Of a DNA stretch of 64,000 bases, positions 38,034-46,756 are shown one piece after another. The notes under the pieces were generated by a model. The model worked only from the letters and a program-made list of their open reading frames with translations, had not been told where the DNA came from and did no database searches. The position numbers and the translations under genes are program-made. Location: the NCBI GenBank assembly GCA_017960645.1, contig JAGCYU010000017.1, positions 7,721 through 71,720 on the forward strand, given 5' to 3'. This DNA is from Alphaproteobacteria bacterium. Its GTDB lineage: Bacteria; Pseudomonadota; Alphaproteobacteria; CAAHEQ01; UBA3637. Numbering within the stretch: the first letter of the stretch is position 1; each line of letters begins with the position of its first letter.

Positions 38034-39968
38034 TTAACCTCCTAGTTTAATATCACTCGTTACCGATACTAATTTGAATGGTAAAGGCGTATCCCCTTTG
38101 ATTTCCCATAAAGGAGAAGTAGGGGTACGACTCCATCCTAAACAACGGACAACGACATCTTGTGTTTTTGCGCTATTGGCGCTGTTGAGTGTATAACTTG
38201 ATAAATTGGGTACCAATTCTTGATGTGCTCCTGAGCCTGTATCAATTTCCAAAGATTTTGTGTCAATGACGCGGAATACGGCACGGACAAGTCGGCTGTT
38301 TGCTACCGGAGCGCCTCCAGATCCCGAAACGCTTGATGCTACAGGCGGCAAAGGAACAACGATATGAGAAAAGGGCAATCCTATTTCGAATTGTTTTGCC
38401 GGATGAGCTACCTGGATGGTATTACTTTGAACGGTTTGTTTGTCCAAAATGATGTCATCTGCAACAATAGCTACTTTTTTATTATTCAGCACGCTCAGGT
38501 TATTTACAGTAGTTGTTGCCGTTTCTTTAGTTATAAGATAAGCGCTATCTGTGTGACAATTCTCGTCCAAATATTCCAAGTGATAGACGCTATCTCGCTT
38601 GACAATGAAATACGCCGTTTTACCCAATATACCAACTGCTAAAAATTTACCATCTGTTGTTTGTTCGGTCCAACTTTGTAAATTTTCTGAACGAAAACTG
38701 GTTAATGTTGCCATTTTCCCCGTGTTCATGACAATATAGGCTTGACGTTCATTTTTGTCATAAGCCATATCAATTGGATTTTGTATTAAATGGCTGGATA
38801 GCAAAGACAGATCGGTTGCTTGGTACATGCCTTCCAGATCAGAGAAAAGAAATTCACGGATTTCATGACCATTTTCTGCCGCAAAAATTGTTGCGCCATC
38901 AATACCAATTGGAGGAACAAAGCGCGTGTCACACGATCCTACTTGTGTTTGACGCTTTAGCTGTATCTCGCTGGGGGTCAAAGGATCCCCAGACACCATC
39001 CATTCTGCACTGGTGGTAAAAATTTGCAAGTGTCTGCCCGCAAATAAGGCACATATTTTGTTGGATTGGTCTGATAAAATATCAAACTCGATTGCTTCTG
39101 CATCATAGCCGGCCCCTGTTTCAAAATTTTTGATATCTCCAGATTGGCTAAACCAAAGTGTATTTGGTAAGCTTTTACTGCCACCGAAAACGAGTCTGGA
39201 TTGATAGGTGCATACGGTGGCTGGCCAACCGTATTCTGAACAAAAAGCAGGTTCGCCCCATGCTCTGGTTGCTTCCAAGACGGTATTTTCTCCTACATTA
39301 TCATCATTGATGAGTTTTTTTAAAACAGTCGCTTGCGCATGTGTGCTATCAGTCACAGCCGTAATTAAAACATAACCCTCTGCTAATTTAAATTGTTTGT
39401 TGACATGACTGTTTGTAAAAAGTGCCTCGCTGGCCGTTAAGGTGACATTGTTTAAACAACCTGAGCTTGAAATCGTTACACTATCGTCACAAAATCGATG
39501 ATAAGGCTGCAAAATACAACTGTCCTCAGTTAAGAAAGAAAAGTTATCCTTGGTCCATGTATTACCAGATTTATGAATCAAAATAGGTTGTGTATCTGGA
39601 TGGACAAAAATGACACCTTGGTTTTGTAAGGCTGCCCATTGCACAGTATTAACTTGTTCCAATGTCCACGGCATCGTGATAGTTGTGACAAAAGTATTGT
39701 CATGGTAAATATCCAGACGTTGGTTCATTAAAATCAAAAGATATTGATCCGTGCTAGACAAATCGTATGGAATCAATCGTCCGGACGAGGTCAAAGAAGC
39801 AATGTACCTTAACCCCGGACGACGATGAATTCCTCCGGTCGGTTCCACAAACACATTTTTTAATGAAAAAGCCCCGTTGTTATAAGCATTTAAATCAACG
39901 CGCCCCAATAAATCTGTGCTTAATTCTCCGCTGGTAAAATTGGTTTTGCTGGTGAAAATATTTGTCAT
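38034..39968 (-). CDS. Large phage tail/nozzle protein (tail tubular protein B-like by position)
   Basis: 644 aa, overlapping the upstream adaptor-like gene by 4 nt. Occupies the T7 gp12 position downstream of capsid and the gp11-like gene. Confidence 0.5.
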   Translation of the reverse strand: MTNIFTSKTNFTSGELSTDLLGRVDLNAYNNGAFSLKNVFVEPTGGIHRRPGLRYIASLTSSGRLIPYDLSSTDQYLLILMNQRLDIYHDNTFVTTITMPWTLEQVNTVQWAALQNQGVIFVHPDTQPILIHKSGNTWTKDNFSFLTEDSCILQPYHRFCDDSVTISSSGCLNNVTLTASEALFTNSHVNKQFKLAEGYVLITAVTDSTHAQATVLKKLINDDNVGENTVLEATRAWGEPAFCSEYGWPATVCTYQSRLVFGGSKSLPNTLWFSQSGDIKNFETGAGYDAEAIEFDILSDQSNKICALFAGRHLQIFTTSAEWMVSGDPLTPSEIQLKRQTQVGSCDTRFVPPIGIDGATIFAAENGHEIREFLFSDLEGMYQATDLSLLSSHLIQNPIDMAYDKNERQAYIVMNTGKMATLTSFRSENLQSWTEQTTDGKFLAVGILGKTAYFIVKRDSVYHLEYLDENCHTDSAYLITKETATTTVNNLSVLNNKKVAIVADDIILDKQTVQSNTIQVAHPAKQFEIGLPFSHIVVPLPPVASSVSGSGGAPVANSRLVRAVFRVIDTKSLEIDTGSGAHQELVPNLSSYTLNSANSAKTQDVVVRCLGWSRTPTSPLWEIKGDTPLPFKLVSVTSDIKLGG

Positions 39969-40534
39969 TGTCGTACCTCAATCAAAGAAAAATCTTGAAA
40001 ACAGCTGGGGACAGATTGTTGACTGTCCGCTAATTTGGCAGCTTTTATTTCTTCTTCAGCTAAATTTTTCATGTAGTCTGTGCGGGTTGTGCTTTCAGTT
40101 AAAGGTAAACAAAATTCTGCGGCCAATTTTGCAATCAACGCTGTGACAAAAAAGGAAGGAAAGTTTTCTTCCAACGGTCGGGAGATATACGATATCACAA
40201 CATGATCTGCATTCGTATAAAGTTTATCCTGTACAATTTTATAGTTTAGACCAGAAGATTTATAGCCGCTGCCTGCTGATAAAATACGAATCACATCATT
40301 TGGCAGTTGATATGCATATTGATAGTCTGCAGTAGGGTTAGCCGTTAAACGATTTAAAGTAGCTTGTTCTAAAGCAAAACGCCATGGATATTGCGCCAAT
40401 AATCCTTCTAAGACAGGCGCATATAATTGGGCGGCAATTTGTGCTTCTGCCGTCGTATCATTAAAAGATGAAATGCCTGAAGCGCCTAATTTGACTAAGG
40501 CGCGGGAACATAAACTGATGGCGGTATAATTCAT
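39965..40534 (-). CDS. Head-to-tail adaptor / tail tubular protein A-like
   Basis: 189 aa from the ATG at 40534 (AGGAGA RBS). N-terminal ISLCSRALVKLGASGISSFND pattern and gp11-like position. Confidence 0.45.
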   Translation of the reverse strand: MNYTAISLCSRALVKLGASGISSFNDTTAEAQIAAQLYAPVLEGLLAQYPWRFALEQATLNRLTANPTADYQYAYQLPNDVIRILSAGSGYKSSGLNYKIVQDKLYTNADHVVISYISRPLEENFPSFFVTALIAKLAAEFCLPLTESTTRTDYMKNLAEEEIKAAKLADSQQSVPSCFQDFSLIEVRQ

Positions 40535-40604
40535 TTTAATCTCCTTGTAATAAAACCCCTTCCTAACGAAAGGAAGGGGCATAGTATTATTTTATATGTA
40601 TGAT

Positions 40605-41468
40605 TTATGTTTCTGCTTCTTCTTCAGCTGGTGGTGTGTCCAAACAAACCATTTTGACAACACCTTTTGGATCAATCAAACATGCGCCTTGGCTCATCAT
40701 GTTATTAACATAGTGAGCAGCATAATCTCCATGCCATGTGATGTCTGTTGTAATATCTTGACCAGCGGCTAAACCAACGGCAGATTTATGATAGATAAAG
40801 CAGGTCGTTGTAGCGCTTGATCCAGAACCGGAAGTCGGCAAACCTGTGTGCATGATCCAGTTAATACCCATCCATTTGCGCGATTCTGAACCGGACAATA
40901 ATGGGTGTTCATTTCCAACATAGTTTGCATTTGAAAATTCCTCCATGCTTAATAATTGATTCCATTGTGCAGGTCCGACCAAGGCAAAACGTTCGCCATC
41001 ATCAGGAACTTCATTGGTATTCAATGTTTGAAATGCGCTTAAAATGCGTTCTTTTGTTAAGGCTTCAGAGGATGTCCCCGCCGTTTGGGAAGCAGAACTT
41101 AAGGCCGTAATAATCAATGCATCAGTTTTGCGACCCAAGGCATAGGCGCCTGCAGTTGCCAAAACTTGACGTTCATCATGACCGACTTTTAATTCATCCA
41201 TTTTGTCAACCCACTGTCCTGCATACCAATCGGACAAAGTGCATTCTACTGGCGCATGTGTGACGGCGGCAGGTGTCAATTGGGCATTGCGTGAAGATTT
41301 TTGGTTGGCAGTTTGAGCACCAATGACTTGGAACGTTGTGGATGTTCCTGTAATATTGTCTTTAAAACGAACGGTCTTTTTTAATTTTGATCCTTGTTGT
41401 TGATAAGCATTGTGTACCTCGGCTTGAAAATGCTTAATGAAAGAGGCATCAATTGCTGTACTTGTCAT
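40605..41468 (-). CDS. Phage major capsid protein
   Basis: 287 aa following the scaffold gene. N-terminal FIKHFQAEVHNAYQQQGSKLKKTVR and the overall pattern resemble P22-coat/BPP-1-type capsid proteins (recollection only). Confidence 0.65.
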   Translation of the reverse strand: MTSTAIDASFIKHFQAEVHNAYQQQGSKLKKTVRFKDNITGTSTTFQVIGAQTANQKSSRNAQLTPAAVTHAPVECTLSDWYAGQWVDKMDELKVGHDERQVLATAGAYALGRKTDALIITALSSASQTAGTSSEALTKERILSAFQTLNTNEVPDDGERFALVGPAQWNQLLSMEEFSNANYVGNEHPLLSGSESRKWMGINWIMHTGLPTSGSGSSATTTCFIYHKSAVGLAAGQDITTDITWHGDYAAHYVNNMMSQGACLIDPKGVVKMVCLDTPPAEEEAET

Positions 41469-41596
41469 ATTTTTCCTTTCAGTAATATTTTGTTGTTATT
41501 AAAATTTAAACCTTTGTTTGAGTTGTGAAATAAATTCGCTCGTGCAAAGGGTAGACGAGGGGTTTAGTATTGCTACTAAACTTATCCAGAAAAGGG

Positions 41597-42283
41597 TTAG
41601 TCATATAGGCGTTTGAATCCGTTTTCAACGCGTTTGATCAGTTCCGGATCTTGGTCACGCCAATATTTGGGGCTTTGCATGAGTTTTTTTAAGGTGGCTT
41701 CATCATCTTGAGTGGAAACCAAACCTTTGCCCTGTACCAGAGGAGAATCTATGCCCCGTGTCATCATTTGATACATTGTTAAAATGCCATCTTTTGATTG
41801 TGATAATGTTTCAAAGACACTAGGTGCTAAATTTTTTTCACCCCAAGCGGCTATTTGATGGGCAATCTGATTAAATTGTTCCGGTCCGCCAAACGTTTGT
41901 TCCAATGCTTCCAGCTCTTTGTCTTGCTGTATTTTTTGTCCGACTTGTTCCAGAACTGGCAAGACTTTTTCAAGGGCTAAATCATATACAAGCTGTGCTT
42001 GTTCATTTGTAAAGCCGTGTTCAAACAAAAGTTTGTTAATCTCGGGATCCGGTTGAATTAAAGGATTCTTCATTTCCAGTTGATAGTTTTCGGGTTTATC
42101 GGGCATAGTCCCTACAGATTTTGGCATAGAGGACATTTTCTTTTCCAATGCCAAATATGATTTCAATAGGTCGTTTGTTTTTAACTCTCCTTTGTCATCC
42201 AAAAATTTTTTTGGCGTTTCTGGGACTTGTGTTTCTTTAATATCTTCAGTTTCTTCAATTTTTTCATTTTCTTTATCTGTCAT
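41597..42283 (-). CDS. Phage scaffolding protein candidate
   Basis: 228 aa, acidic and helical, located between the portal and capsid genes with a 1-nt gap to portal. Confidence 0.5.
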   Translation of the reverse strand: MTDKENEKIEETEDIKETQVPETPKKFLDDKGELKTNDLLKSYLALEKKMSSMPKSVGTMPDKPENYQLEMKNPLIQPDPEINKLLFEHGFTNEQAQLVYDLALEKVLPVLEQVGQKIQQDKELEALEQTFGGPEQFNQIAHQIAAWGEKNLAPSVFETLSQSKDGILTMYQMMTRGIDSPLVQGKGLVSTQDDEATLKKLMQSPKYWRDQDPELIKRVENGFKRLYD

Positions 42284-42284
42284 G

Positions 42285-43784
42285 TCATGCTCCTTGGTTA
42301 GACAGGGTTAATGGAATCATAGGTGCTTCTGGGGCTTTTTTGAAAATGGATTCTGGAATGTTCAATTTTTCTCCAAACCATTTGACAAACGCACCTATAT
42401 CAATTTGAGACAGGGCGCTTTCTCCTAATTGAGCAATAGAATTCAGCCAAGTTAAACCGTTGTTTGCATCAATTTGAGCTTGTTTTTCTGCACGGGTGGA
42501 TTTGTACGAAATTTTTAGTAAGCGCCCATCAATAAAGACGTCTGGTATTTCTCCACGTTTGCGTAAAATATAAGTGGCCCGATCAATAAGCGGGGTTAAC
42601 AATTCTGATTGCAAACGACCATAGGTGGCGCCCAAAATCATAATCATTTCATCCGATCGTTCAATGACTTCGGTTGCTGTCATCTTCATCGCACCATCTG
42701 CTTGTCCAAGTTTATCGCCCAGTAAAGCGTGCTTAATGCGTTCTCTTAAATCTTTAAGGACCAATTGAGACACATCAAATTTTCCAGGGGATTCTAGTGC
42801 TGTCAGACCTTTTGACCCGACCGCTTTTGGAATGATAGCTCCGGGGACAAGTTGAATGTTGGCAGGATTTAAAACGCCATCATCCTCGGCAAGCCAAATG
42901 CCTGTCACGGCGATTGTGGCATTTTTAAGGATAAGTTCCACAACCTTGTTTGCCGTTTTAATATCCGGCAAAGCCTTCATGACAGGGGAACGGCCGTAAA
43001 CTTCCCCGGGAGCTTTAAGCCAACGGAAGGCAATAAGTGGTGAGGTACTATACGTTGTTTCTTTGAGTATAATAGGCTCAACATTATTGGAGAGATGTTG
43101 GCTGGTAGGGTTTAAAAAAGCAATGTAATCGTAGGCGCCTTGTGTGTTTGGACAGACAGATTCAATGACTTCTAACGCAATTTTTCCTTGTTGTGCATCG
43201 TTGACAATATCTGCCGGTAAAAGTTCATCACCAAAACGAGTCACAAATTCGTCGTAATCTAAACGGAGTGTGCGAAAAATGTGATCCAATTTTCCTGTGG
43301 CGCTTTCGCTTAATGCAATCTGGGACAGGGGAACCGCTGTAAAATGAAAAGCAGAGTTTGCACCAATGGGAGCTTCTTCAAACATTAAACAAGCTGTGCC
43401 GACTGTAATTAAATCTAAATAGCATTGATGGATTTCCATCGCTAAATTGCTGCGGTCAAAGTGTGTTTGTAATGTGTTAGATATAGTTTCAAGTGTTGGG
43501 GCAATTTTTTCTTTATCATCGTCTGTTAAATCTGTGCCTGTACTCAGTTTGAACCAACTCATCCATGGTGGCGTTAGTTCGGATAAAAGTAATGCAGCCA
43601 ATTGATCCACAGCGTCTGGGGCAGTTCCATCATAAAGCTGGTTTATTTTGGAACTAGCCGTACGAAAGACTGTTTCCCGTTGTGGAAAAGCAAAGGTATA
43701 ACAATCTTGCCAAGTGCTTTCCCATGCGCCACGTTCAGCGATGGCCTTTTTATAAGTTGTGTACAGATTGGATATATCTGTCAT
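42285..43784 (-). CDS. Phage portal (head-to-tail connector) protein
   Basis: 499 aa at the first position of the structural block. N-terminal ...ERGAWESTWQDCYTFAFPQRE resembles T7-gp8-type connector proteins. Confidence 0.65.
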   Translation of the reverse strand: MTDISNLYTTYKKAIAERGAWESTWQDCYTFAFPQRETVFRTASSKINQLYDGTAPDAVDQLAALLLSELTPPWMSWFKLSTGTDLTDDDKEKIAPTLETISNTLQTHFDRSNLAMEIHQCYLDLITVGTACLMFEEAPIGANSAFHFTAVPLSQIALSESATGKLDHIFRTLRLDYDEFVTRFGDELLPADIVNDAQQGKIALEVIESVCPNTQGAYDYIAFLNPTSQHLSNNVEPIILKETTYSTSPLIAFRWLKAPGEVYGRSPVMKALPDIKTANKVVELILKNATIAVTGIWLAEDDGVLNPANIQLVPGAIIPKAVGSKGLTALESPGKFDVSQLVLKDLRERIKHALLGDKLGQADGAMKMTATEVIERSDEMIMILGATYGRLQSELLTPLIDRATYILRKRGEIPDVFIDGRLLKISYKSTRAEKQAQIDANNGLTWLNSIAQLGESALSQIDIGAFVKWFGEKLNIPESIFKKAPEAPMIPLTLSNQGA

Positions 43785-43818
43785 TTTTATCTCCTTTCTT
43801 GTTACAATTAAAACTAGA

Positions 43819-43846
43819 AAACCGCCCTTGTCATTAAGAGCGGTTT
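43819..43846 (-). terminator. Hairpin plus T-rich tract between the two small upstream genes and the portal gene
   Basis: Minus strand reads AAACCGC-TCTTAATGACAAGG-GCGGTTT followed by TCTAGTTTT. Confidence 0.35.
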
Positions 43847-43902
43847 ATAACTTAAGATATACTTCTAGCGTTTAACTGTGACATACTATAACACATTTTT
43901 TA

Positions 43903-44307
43903 TCAAATGTCAAGGATTTTTTTCCTTTTTTTTAATAAAAAGCCAAAAAGTTGATATGGAGTCCATATTAAAGGTGCTTGAATTCCTAAAAAACGTTTGA
44001 CGGTTTCAACGCATGTATAGGGACGTAATGAAAATTTAACTTTTGATGGAACTTGTGGTTTTGTTTTAATAATTTTATATCCTTTTTCTTGAAAAATTTC
44101 TTCTATACGATTCGTTTGAACAATAATAAAATCTGTAAAATGCATAACGGGATCTATAATATGCCAATTTGAACCGTTACCTAAAATTAATAAGCAATGA
44201 TAAAAACCTTTTTTTAAGAATTTTGTCCACCAATGCGTCGCGTTTCCGCCAAAAGCGACATAGGCAATATTTGGGCGATATCCATAAGAAATATTTGATG
44301 TAATCAT
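43903..44307 (-). CDS. Phage-cluster hypothetical protein
   Basis: 134 aa with conserved-looking His and Cys (FYHCLLIL, PYTCVETVKRFLG). A permuted papain-like fold is only a guess. Confidence 0.4.
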   Translation of the reverse strand: MITSNISYGYRPNIAYVAFGGNATHWWTKFLKKGFYHCLLILGNGSNWHIIDPVMHFTDFIIVQTNRIEEIFQEKGYKIIKTKPQVPSKVKFSLRPYTCVETVKRFLGIQAPLIWTPYQLFGFLLKKRKKILDI

Positions 44308-44329
44308 TTGATTCTCCTATATTATTTAA

Positions 44330-44683
44330 TTATGCAACGATTCCTTTTCGACGCAGTAAAGATTCTAAAAAGCGTAGTGCTTCCTGCCATAAAGAACAAA
44401 TACTTAAACTGTCACCAAAGTGTGGGTGAGGGGGCACTTGTTGTGAGCCATATTTGGATAAAACCTTAATATGTTTTGGCAATAACAATCCTGCACGTAC
44501 TAATTTTTTAATCGCCAAAAAAATGTCTGACGATTCGCAAGGTCGAATAATGTGAGGTTCAGAATTGTGTGCCCGATTATTTCCGAGTTGTTGGCATAGG
44601 CAATACCAAAACCATGCCTCTTCAGCCGAGGTAAAAGGTGTTGTTTCCGTGTTGTTTGTTGTGAATAGGTATTTATTCCTCAT
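44330..44683 (-). CDS. Phage-cluster hypothetical protein; first gene of the leftward operon
   Basis: 117 aa from the ATG at 44683 (GGAGACA RBS). Trp-rich SAEEAWFWYCLCQQ motif. Function unknown. Confidence 0.4.
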   Translation of the reverse strand: MRNKYLFTTNNTETTPFTSAEEAWFWYCLCQQLGNNRAHNSEPHIIRPCESSDIFLAIKKLVRAGLLLPKHIKVLSKYGSQQVPPHPHFGDSLSICSLWQEALRFLESLLRRKGIVA

Positions 44684-44774
44684 TTTTGTCTCCTTTTTAA
44701 TTAAAAACGCGAACAAAATAGGAACTAACACAAAAAAATTTGATTGTCAATATAAAAATAAGAAAAAAATCCTA

Positions 44775-44803
44775 TTGACATCCATATAAAAATATGGTAT
44801 ATT
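44775..44803 (+). promoter_or_regulatory. Sigma70-type promoter for the CI-like repressor gene
   Basis: TTGACA (44775-44780), a 17-nt spacer, then TATATT (44798-44803), about 70 nt upstream of the ATG at 44872. The -35 element lies in one arm of the inverted repeat TGTCAATA/TATTGACA. Confidence 0.45.
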
Positions 44804-44871
44804 GCAAATGCAACTAAAAAGTGATTTGTTTCTTTTTTTGTTGATCAAATTATTTGTAGAAAGGAGAAAAT

Positions 44872-45507
44872 ATGCAGTTATCATATCAAGAAATTTGGAG
44901 AGGGTTAGAAAATTTGGCTGCAGCAAAAGGAATGTCTTTGTCGGGGATGGCTGCAAAGGCTGGTTTGGATCCAACCAGTTTTAATAAATCTAAACGGATA
45001 GGGGCAGACGGTCGCAAACGGTGGCCGTCCACAGAAAGCATGAATAAAGTTTTTCATGCGATGAATGTCACAGTTTTTGAATTTATGGAATTGGCCGGTG
45101 TTCCTTGCCCGCAAACAAAAAGAACAATCCCTTTATTGGGGCTAGTTAAAGCTGGCCGGGAAGGATATTTTGACACGGATGGTAATCCTATTTTAAGTGA
45201 TGATTGGGATGGGATTGAATTTCCGATTTCAGAGGCAAAGAATGTTTACGCTTTGGAAGTTTCCGGTAATAGTATGTTGCCTGTGTATCGCGAAGGGGAT
45301 AAATTGGTGGTTTCTCCAGAGGCAGAAGTTCGGAAAAATGATCGTGTTGTTGTTAAATTACGCTCGGGTGAAGTTATGGTCAAAGAATTGGCTCATAAAT
45401 CGGCTAAACAGATAGAGCTTAAATCTTTAAACGCATCTTATGATCCGATTATTGTTGCGCCGGATGATGTTTGTTGGATGGCGCGTGTGTTGTGGGTTAG
45501 CCAATAG
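44872..45507 (+). CDS. CI/LexA-like repressor (HTH plus S24 self-cleaving peptidase domain)
   Basis: C-terminal S24 motifs: ALEVSGNSMLP (Ser) and VVVKLRSGEVMVKEL (Lys). Divergent from the phage structural operon. Confidence 0.75.
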   Translation: MQLSYQEIWRGLENLAAAKGMSLSGMAAKAGLDPTSFNKSKRIGADGRKRWPSTESMNKVFHAMNVTVFEFMELAGVPCPQTKRTIPLLGLVKAGREGYFDTDGNPILSDDWDGIEFPISEAKNVYALEVSGNSMLPVYREGDKLVVSPEAEVRKNDRVVVKLRSGEVMVKELAHKSAKQIELKSLNASYDPIIVAPDDVCWMARVLWVSQ

Positions 45508-45514
45508 GGTAAAA

Positions 45515-46054
45515 TTATTGTTGCTCTAAATACGCAACTAATGTTGTGTAAGCATTTGTCAGTTGTTGAAAGGCCAAACTGTCACCTTTCGCTAGATCGG
45601 GATGGTATCGTTTTGCCAAAGTTTTATATTGCTTTTTTAATTTATCTAAATCAAAAGGAAATTGCAATTCCATAAAAGCGGCCGCTTCTGTAATTTTTTT
45701 ACTATGTCTTGGCGGTTCGGTGGGTGGATTGTAATGGCCACTCATCCCTAAACGCGATTCGTCAAACAGCCGAAATTTATCGGAAGATTTTGGCTTAGTG
45801 TAAGTAGCGGTTGCGTTCAGGTTCCATGTTGGGCGTTGCCAATGAATATCATTTTGTAATTGTTCTTCAATTTGTTCAGGGCTTAACCCTGCCAAAAAAT
45901 CCCACTTTTTATTATATTCTTGTACATGTTTTAAACAAAACCAATAATGAGAACGCAAAGTTCTGTCTTTGGGCGCGCGATAATCTCCGGCTTCTGTACA
46001 GCCTGGGTAATCGCAATCATGTAATCTTTTTTTAGGTTCTGCTTTCTTTTTCAT
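45515..46054 (-). CDS. J-domain (DnaJ-like) protein with an N-terminal Cys motif
   Basis: C-terminal J domain LKKQYKTLAKRYHPDLAKGD. N-terminal CDYPGCTEAGDYRAPK. Confidence 0.75.
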   Translation of the reverse strand: MKKKAEPKKRLHDCDYPGCTEAGDYRAPKDRTLRSHYWFCLKHVQEYNKKWDFLAGLSPEQIEEQLQNDIHWQRPTWNLNATATYTKPKSSDKFRLFDESRLGMSGHYNPPTEPPRHSKKITEAAAFMELQFPFDLDKLKKQYKTLAKRYHPDLAKGDSLAFQQLTNAYTTLVAYLEQQ

Positions 46055-46159
46055 GCTCTTTTAGTTGTTTTTAAAAAAAATATACAATCATAGGTTGAAA
46101 AACTATTCTTTAACACCCATAAGTATAATGTATTTTTAATTAAAAGGAAAGGATAAAAC

Positions 46160-46438
46160 ATGTTAGTTTGTAAAAATGTAATTGTAAATGGTCGTAGAAC
46201 CAGTATGCGGTTGGACCGCGAAACGTGGCAATCGTTAGCAGATATTTGTGCACGGGAAAAATTAACAATTCACGAGCTGTGTTCAAAAATTGATTCTGCC
46301 AAAGGAAAATCAGGCTTGTCATCTGCAACGCGCTTGTTTGTTTTGACATATTTTCGATGCGTTTTGAATAAATATGAGCGAACGAATGAGGTGTTTTCCA
46401 TGGATTTCAATCCAAATTTTGTTTTGCAGCATGTTTGA
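46160..46438 (+). CDS. Ribbon-helix-helix domain protein (RHH_4-like)
   Basis: VNGRRTSMRLDRETWQSLADICAREKLTIHELCSKID...LSSATRLFVLTYF matches the alphaproteobacterial RHH_4 pattern. Confidence 0.65.
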   Translation: MLVCKNVIVNGRRTSMRLDRETWQSLADICAREKLTIHELCSKIDSAKGKSGLSSATRLFVLTYFRCVLNKYERTNEVFSMDFNPNFVLQHV

Positions 46439-46756
46439 AAGACTTGCTTATCAAAAAAAGCAAAAACATTGTAATATGCTTTTGCTTTTTTTATGTCCAA
46501 AATAAAAAACAGAACAGTAAAAAGAAGGAGGAATTCCGTGCTTGTTTGCAAGGTTGAGGAGTATTACGAACAAGTCCTTTTACTGTTCCAGGACGTATAT
46601 TAGCATTTTTAAAAAGATTTGTCAAGTATTTTTATAAATCTGTAAAATTGTTTGAATGCGTTTTATAAAAACATTGAAATATAGTCTATTATTTTTTACT
46701 GGAATTCTATTTTCTTTTTTAGTATAATAAAAGCATAGCTTTTTTATGGATCTGGA

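Larger units (their letters stand above)
34943..45507. mobile_element. Compact podovirus-like (T7-order) head/tail/lysis gene cluster with a divergent CI/S24 repressor; cryptic prophage or GTA-like element
   Basis: Minus-strand gene order: two small genes, portal, scaffold, capsid, adaptor-like, large tail protein, two small genes, large terminase, endolysin, two small membrane proteins. No integrase, replication or fibre genes. Confidence 0.7.

Noticed and set aside
34940-45515. Search for attL/attR direct repeats and an integrase flanking the phage-like cluster
   Set aside because: No convincing repeat or recombinase was found by eye. The cluster abuts atpC and the J-domain gene with only a few nucleotides of spacer, so no att claim is made.
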